From positions 3,786,942-3,850,941 of the forward strand of contig JBNZDD010013673.1 of the NCBI GenBank assembly GCA_050575255.1: a stretch of 64,000 nt of DNA, read 5' to 3'. Position numbers and translations under genes: made by a program. Below the pieces are notes generated by a model. That model searched no databases and was not told the origin of the DNA. It saw nothing but the letters and a program-made list of their open reading frames with translations. This DNA is from Harriotta raleighana. Its lineage: Eukaryota. Numbering within the stretch: the first letter of the stretch is position 1; every line of letters starts with the position of its first letter. Shown piece by piece: positions 60,433 through 64,000 of the stretch.

Positions 60433-62524
60433 GTGAGTAGCTTTCAGGCCATACAAATTGACTGAATTTTTTGTGTGTGTCTGTGTCTGTGTGTGAATGT
60501 GTGGGGGGGGGGGGGAAGCTATGCCACGATGGCATTTTAACTGCAATCTCTCCTTCTTGCTGCTGTTGTTGCTGCAAAGGGCAGGGTTTGCTGGTGAATT
60601 TGGAGGAGGGGGGTGGGGGGGTAAGGATGGTATGTGTGTGTGTGTGTGCAATGTGTGTGTTCACCCACATATATACAGTCCATTCACTTCACAGTATCTT
60701 CTGTGATGCTCTTTGAGACGTTTCGAAGGCGCGATCAGACACTCTTAACAAATGCCAAGATTATTACGATGATGATGTGTTGTTTCAGTTGTTTGTTGTG
60801 AAGCTGTCTCTCTCGCACACACAAACACTCACGCACACACACAGAGAGCCTGCCTTTTATTGTATGTTATCACAACACTACATTGGGACTGAATTGGGGA
60901 GAAGATACTTGTCCATTGCTGAAACAGAATTGCTAGTGTATTCATTTACCTTGGGTTCATTTCATTGTAGCCTTTCGGCCCATCTTAAAAGGAAGATGTC
61001 AAAACCATTCAACTGCAAAATGTTAACAGGGGATTTTTTTTGAGTGGGTGGGTGAGGGGAGAGTCAGGGTAAGAAGAGAGGAAAATGAATGAAATAACTT
61101 GAGGTGATGTCTCTATTCTTCTCTTAACCTCTCTCCTCTCCCTCCTCCCTCTCCTCGTCTTCTCTGATTATTGGCTTAAATCTTAAGTTTTCCACCCTGG
61201 AACCGACCACACATGAGACTTTGTGTATTTGAATAACTGCCTTTTATTACGGTTGAAAGTGAAAGACATTGGGATCGATGGGTGTTCAGAGCCCAGCAAG
61301 TGTTTTCATTAGCAAAGAATCATTGTTGCTCTATTTCCTGGTTGAAAGAAGGGGTGGTTTTGTGTGTGTGTTTGTGTTGGGGGAGAAAATTGCTCTCATT
61401 CAAAGCTATCAAATCCCCCGCTCACTCCTATTTCTAACCCAATTCCTAGATCTGGCCTTTGCGGAGCAAATCCAATTTTTCCCCCCACCCCCATTTAATT
61501 ACTTTTTCAATCAAACTAATACCCCAAATGCTTATTCTGTTGCGGAAACCGCATCATGCATGAACCTTTGCAACACAATGAATTAATTCGTTACTTGTTC
61601 ACGAATTAATTGGAAATACNGTTGCGGAAACCGCATCATGCATGAACCTTTGCAACACAATGAATTAATTAGTTACTTGTTCACGAATTAAATGGAAATA
61701 TTTCAGACCCCATGTACTGTACTGATAATAATCCCGGAAAAAATAAATCGGTCACACTGACTGTTTGTGGGACGCTGCTGTGCGCAATTGGCTGCTGCGT
61801 TTCGCCCACAAATATACACAGTCAATTCACTTTACAGTATATTCTGCGAAGCGCTTTGAAAAGTCTAGAAGACATGAAATGCGCTATATTAAATGCAAGG
61901 ATTATTATTACTGAGCAGTCAAAACACCACTGCTTGTATTCGTACCAGGAAGAAATGAATGTTGGAACTCTTGCGTTACCATTTTTAAAAAAAGGGTTTC
62001 AGTTGACTGGGTTTTGTGATTTTATGCTATTGATCCTAGAACTTTTCTCTCTCCAATAATGCCTGTTTAATGAGTGTGTGTGTGTGTGTGTGTGTTTATG
62101 TATGTTGTCGGGAGTTGATTTGATGGAAGGGATATTGCCTTTTGTTGCCTTTCATTGCTGGAGGAGGGGGCGGAGAGGTCAGTCTCTTGTCAATGAATTT
62201 GCACATAGCACAAAAGCACTGCCCAGAATTGTGCCATTTAAAAAATAATTTAGGGAGAGTTACAAAAAGTAGCATCATACAGCATATTCATCAGATAGAA
62301 TGTTAGCGTTGTAGAATTTTTCTAACTTGTCAGATTTTAAAAAAAAATAATCATAGCGAGTTTTTTTTTCTCGATCTCTCTCTCTTCCTCTCTCTCCCTC
62401 TCTTTTCCATATCAGATTAAAAAGACAGGTGGAAGTGGTGTTTGATCTTTAGGATGTAGTTGTTCTGGGGAATTGGTTTGTGAGATGGTTCAGATAGGCC
62501 ACAGCAAGACTGAATGTGCACAGA

Positions 62525-62822
62525 ACAACAACACATTACATTTGTATTAGGGCCTTTCATGTCAGGATGACGTCCCAAGGCACTGGACAGATTTGAACCC
62601 AAGCTGGAGGTTGGAATCTGGAGGGTGGGGGCAGGAGGGTGACCAAAGGCCCAGTCAAAGAGGATGGTCAGAGACAGGCCCTGAAAGAGGTGACGGAAGG
62701 GGCAAGACCAAGGAACTGTGAGATAGTGTTCCAAATTGTGGGGGCAGAAAGGCTGGGGTGGCCTGGACAGGGTACATGGAGCAGGAAGGAGCCTGCTAAA
62801 TGGAGAGCACGGACAGGTCTAC
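62525..62822 (-). mobile_element. L2 LINE 3' fragment
   Basis: Antisense tail acaacaac..acatttgtattagggcctttcatgtcaggatgacgtcccaagg followed by the ORF2 end. Confidence 0.7.
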
Positions 62823-63094
62823 ATTAACAACAAGAACAAAATTTGTAAAGCGCCTTTCACATCGGGAAGAAGGTGATAGATCACAGAGATAGAGAGGAAC
62901 AAGGCTGCGGAGGGCTTTGAAGGCAGAATAATCTCAGGAATGGTCAGATAATTAACCAGAATGGCCAGATAATTAACCAGAATGGCATGTTATTACTGAG
63001 CTCTGCATTTTATTTTTTTTAAAAAGAAGAGCTGATACTGTTTAGAATAACGAGGCTCTGGGAGTGAATAATGGTATTTTTACTTTGCCCTTTG

Positions 63095-63603
63095 TATTGT
63101 CAGTTGTCCGCCTGGCACTTTCACCTGGGAGTCAGAATCCTGAGGACCTTTACCTCATATGTTCAACTGACCCCCACCAGCCCCCCACACCGTCCCAACC
63201 CCCCACCCCACCCCAGACTGTGTCAGGGCCGGGGGGAGCCTGCATTGTCAGAAGTGCCATCCTTTCAGTTGAGATGTGAAACCAAGGTCTCACCTGCCTG
63301 TTCAGGAGGCCAGTAAAGATCGCATGACAGTGTTCGATAAAGAGAAGGGAGGTTGTTATTTATTATTATTATTAAGAGAAGGGAGGTTCTCTATCCTGTT
63401 GTCCTGGCCAACAATCTCCCAAATAAAATTGGCCATTCACTTACTTACTTCATGGCTGCCTGTCAGACGTTGCTGTGAACAAATTGACTGCTGCGTTCTC
63501 CTATAAATACACAGACACTGTACGTCACAGCATGTCCTGTAAAGTGCTTTGAGACTTCTCAATGACATGATAAGGTGCTGTATCAAATGTAAGGATTATT
63601 ATC
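63095..63603 (+). mobile_element. Near full-length Deu-domain SINE
   Basis: Head cacctgggagtcagaa, Deu core tgcattgtcagaagtgccatcctttcagttgagatgtgaaaccaaggtc..gtaaagatc, tail atcaaatgtaaggattatta. Confidence 0.8.
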
Positions 63604-64000
63604 TGAGTGATGTCGATTGCTGTCAGTTTACCAATGGCATCTTGAGGCATCAATGTGTTTTCCACACTGCAATCCAACCCTGAATGGATAGGCCTTTAAT
63701 CTATTATAATAATAAATAATAATCATCCTTGCATTTGATACAGGACCTTATCACATCCACGGAATGTCTCACAGAGCTTCACAGAATATACTGTCAAATT
63801 AATTGACTGTGTAGTTTGAATGAAATTATAGCTTGAACAGATGAAATTCCTAGTGCTATATTCTTGTGGGTACCTGTTTTGTAACCTTTCCCCAACCCCA
63901 CCTCCAGGATCATTAGCTTTCGGAAGGACAAGGGAGTGTTTTTCTTAATTATACAGTTAAAACATTGTGTGCGTATTTAATTTGACCGGCATGCAAATTT

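Noticed and set aside
61538-61700. Duplication of about 80 bp
   Set aside because: N at 61620 at the junction; assembly overlap.
1-64000. CRISPR arrays, rRNA genes, autonomous transposase or intact RT ORFs
   Set aside because: None seen; the recurring sequences are dispersed SINE/LINE fragments, not regularly spaced arrays.

Overview
Vertebrate genomic DNA, most likely from a cartilaginous fish (holocephalan-like, inferred from the SINE/L2/CR1 repeat landscape). It covers the conserved block found at human 5q31. Left to right: a housekeeping promoter with a non-coding first exon on the minus strand (probably UQCRQ); a complete two-exon GDF9 (minus, 429 aa); a PDZ-less SHROOM1 that I could assemble into 8 phase-consistent coding exons (plus, about 1510 aa, ASD1 and ASD2 domains); intronless SOWAHA (minus, about 547 aa); and a probable 30-nt first coding exon of SEPT8 (plus). 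The rest is dense with a tRNA-derived SINE, Deu-domain SINEs, L2 and CR1 3' ends, and Tigger-like MITEs. Several direct duplications around single Ns look like assembly artefacts. The most striking observation is a 271-bp SHROOM1 intron made almost entirely of an antisense SINE. It splits what is one giant exon in other Shroom genes, and the SINE supplies the 3' splice site, so it is a candidate for intron birth by SINE insertion. GDF9 also appears inverted relative to its human orientation. I found no wholly new multi-gene system. All homology calls are from recognition of the sequence, not from database searches.
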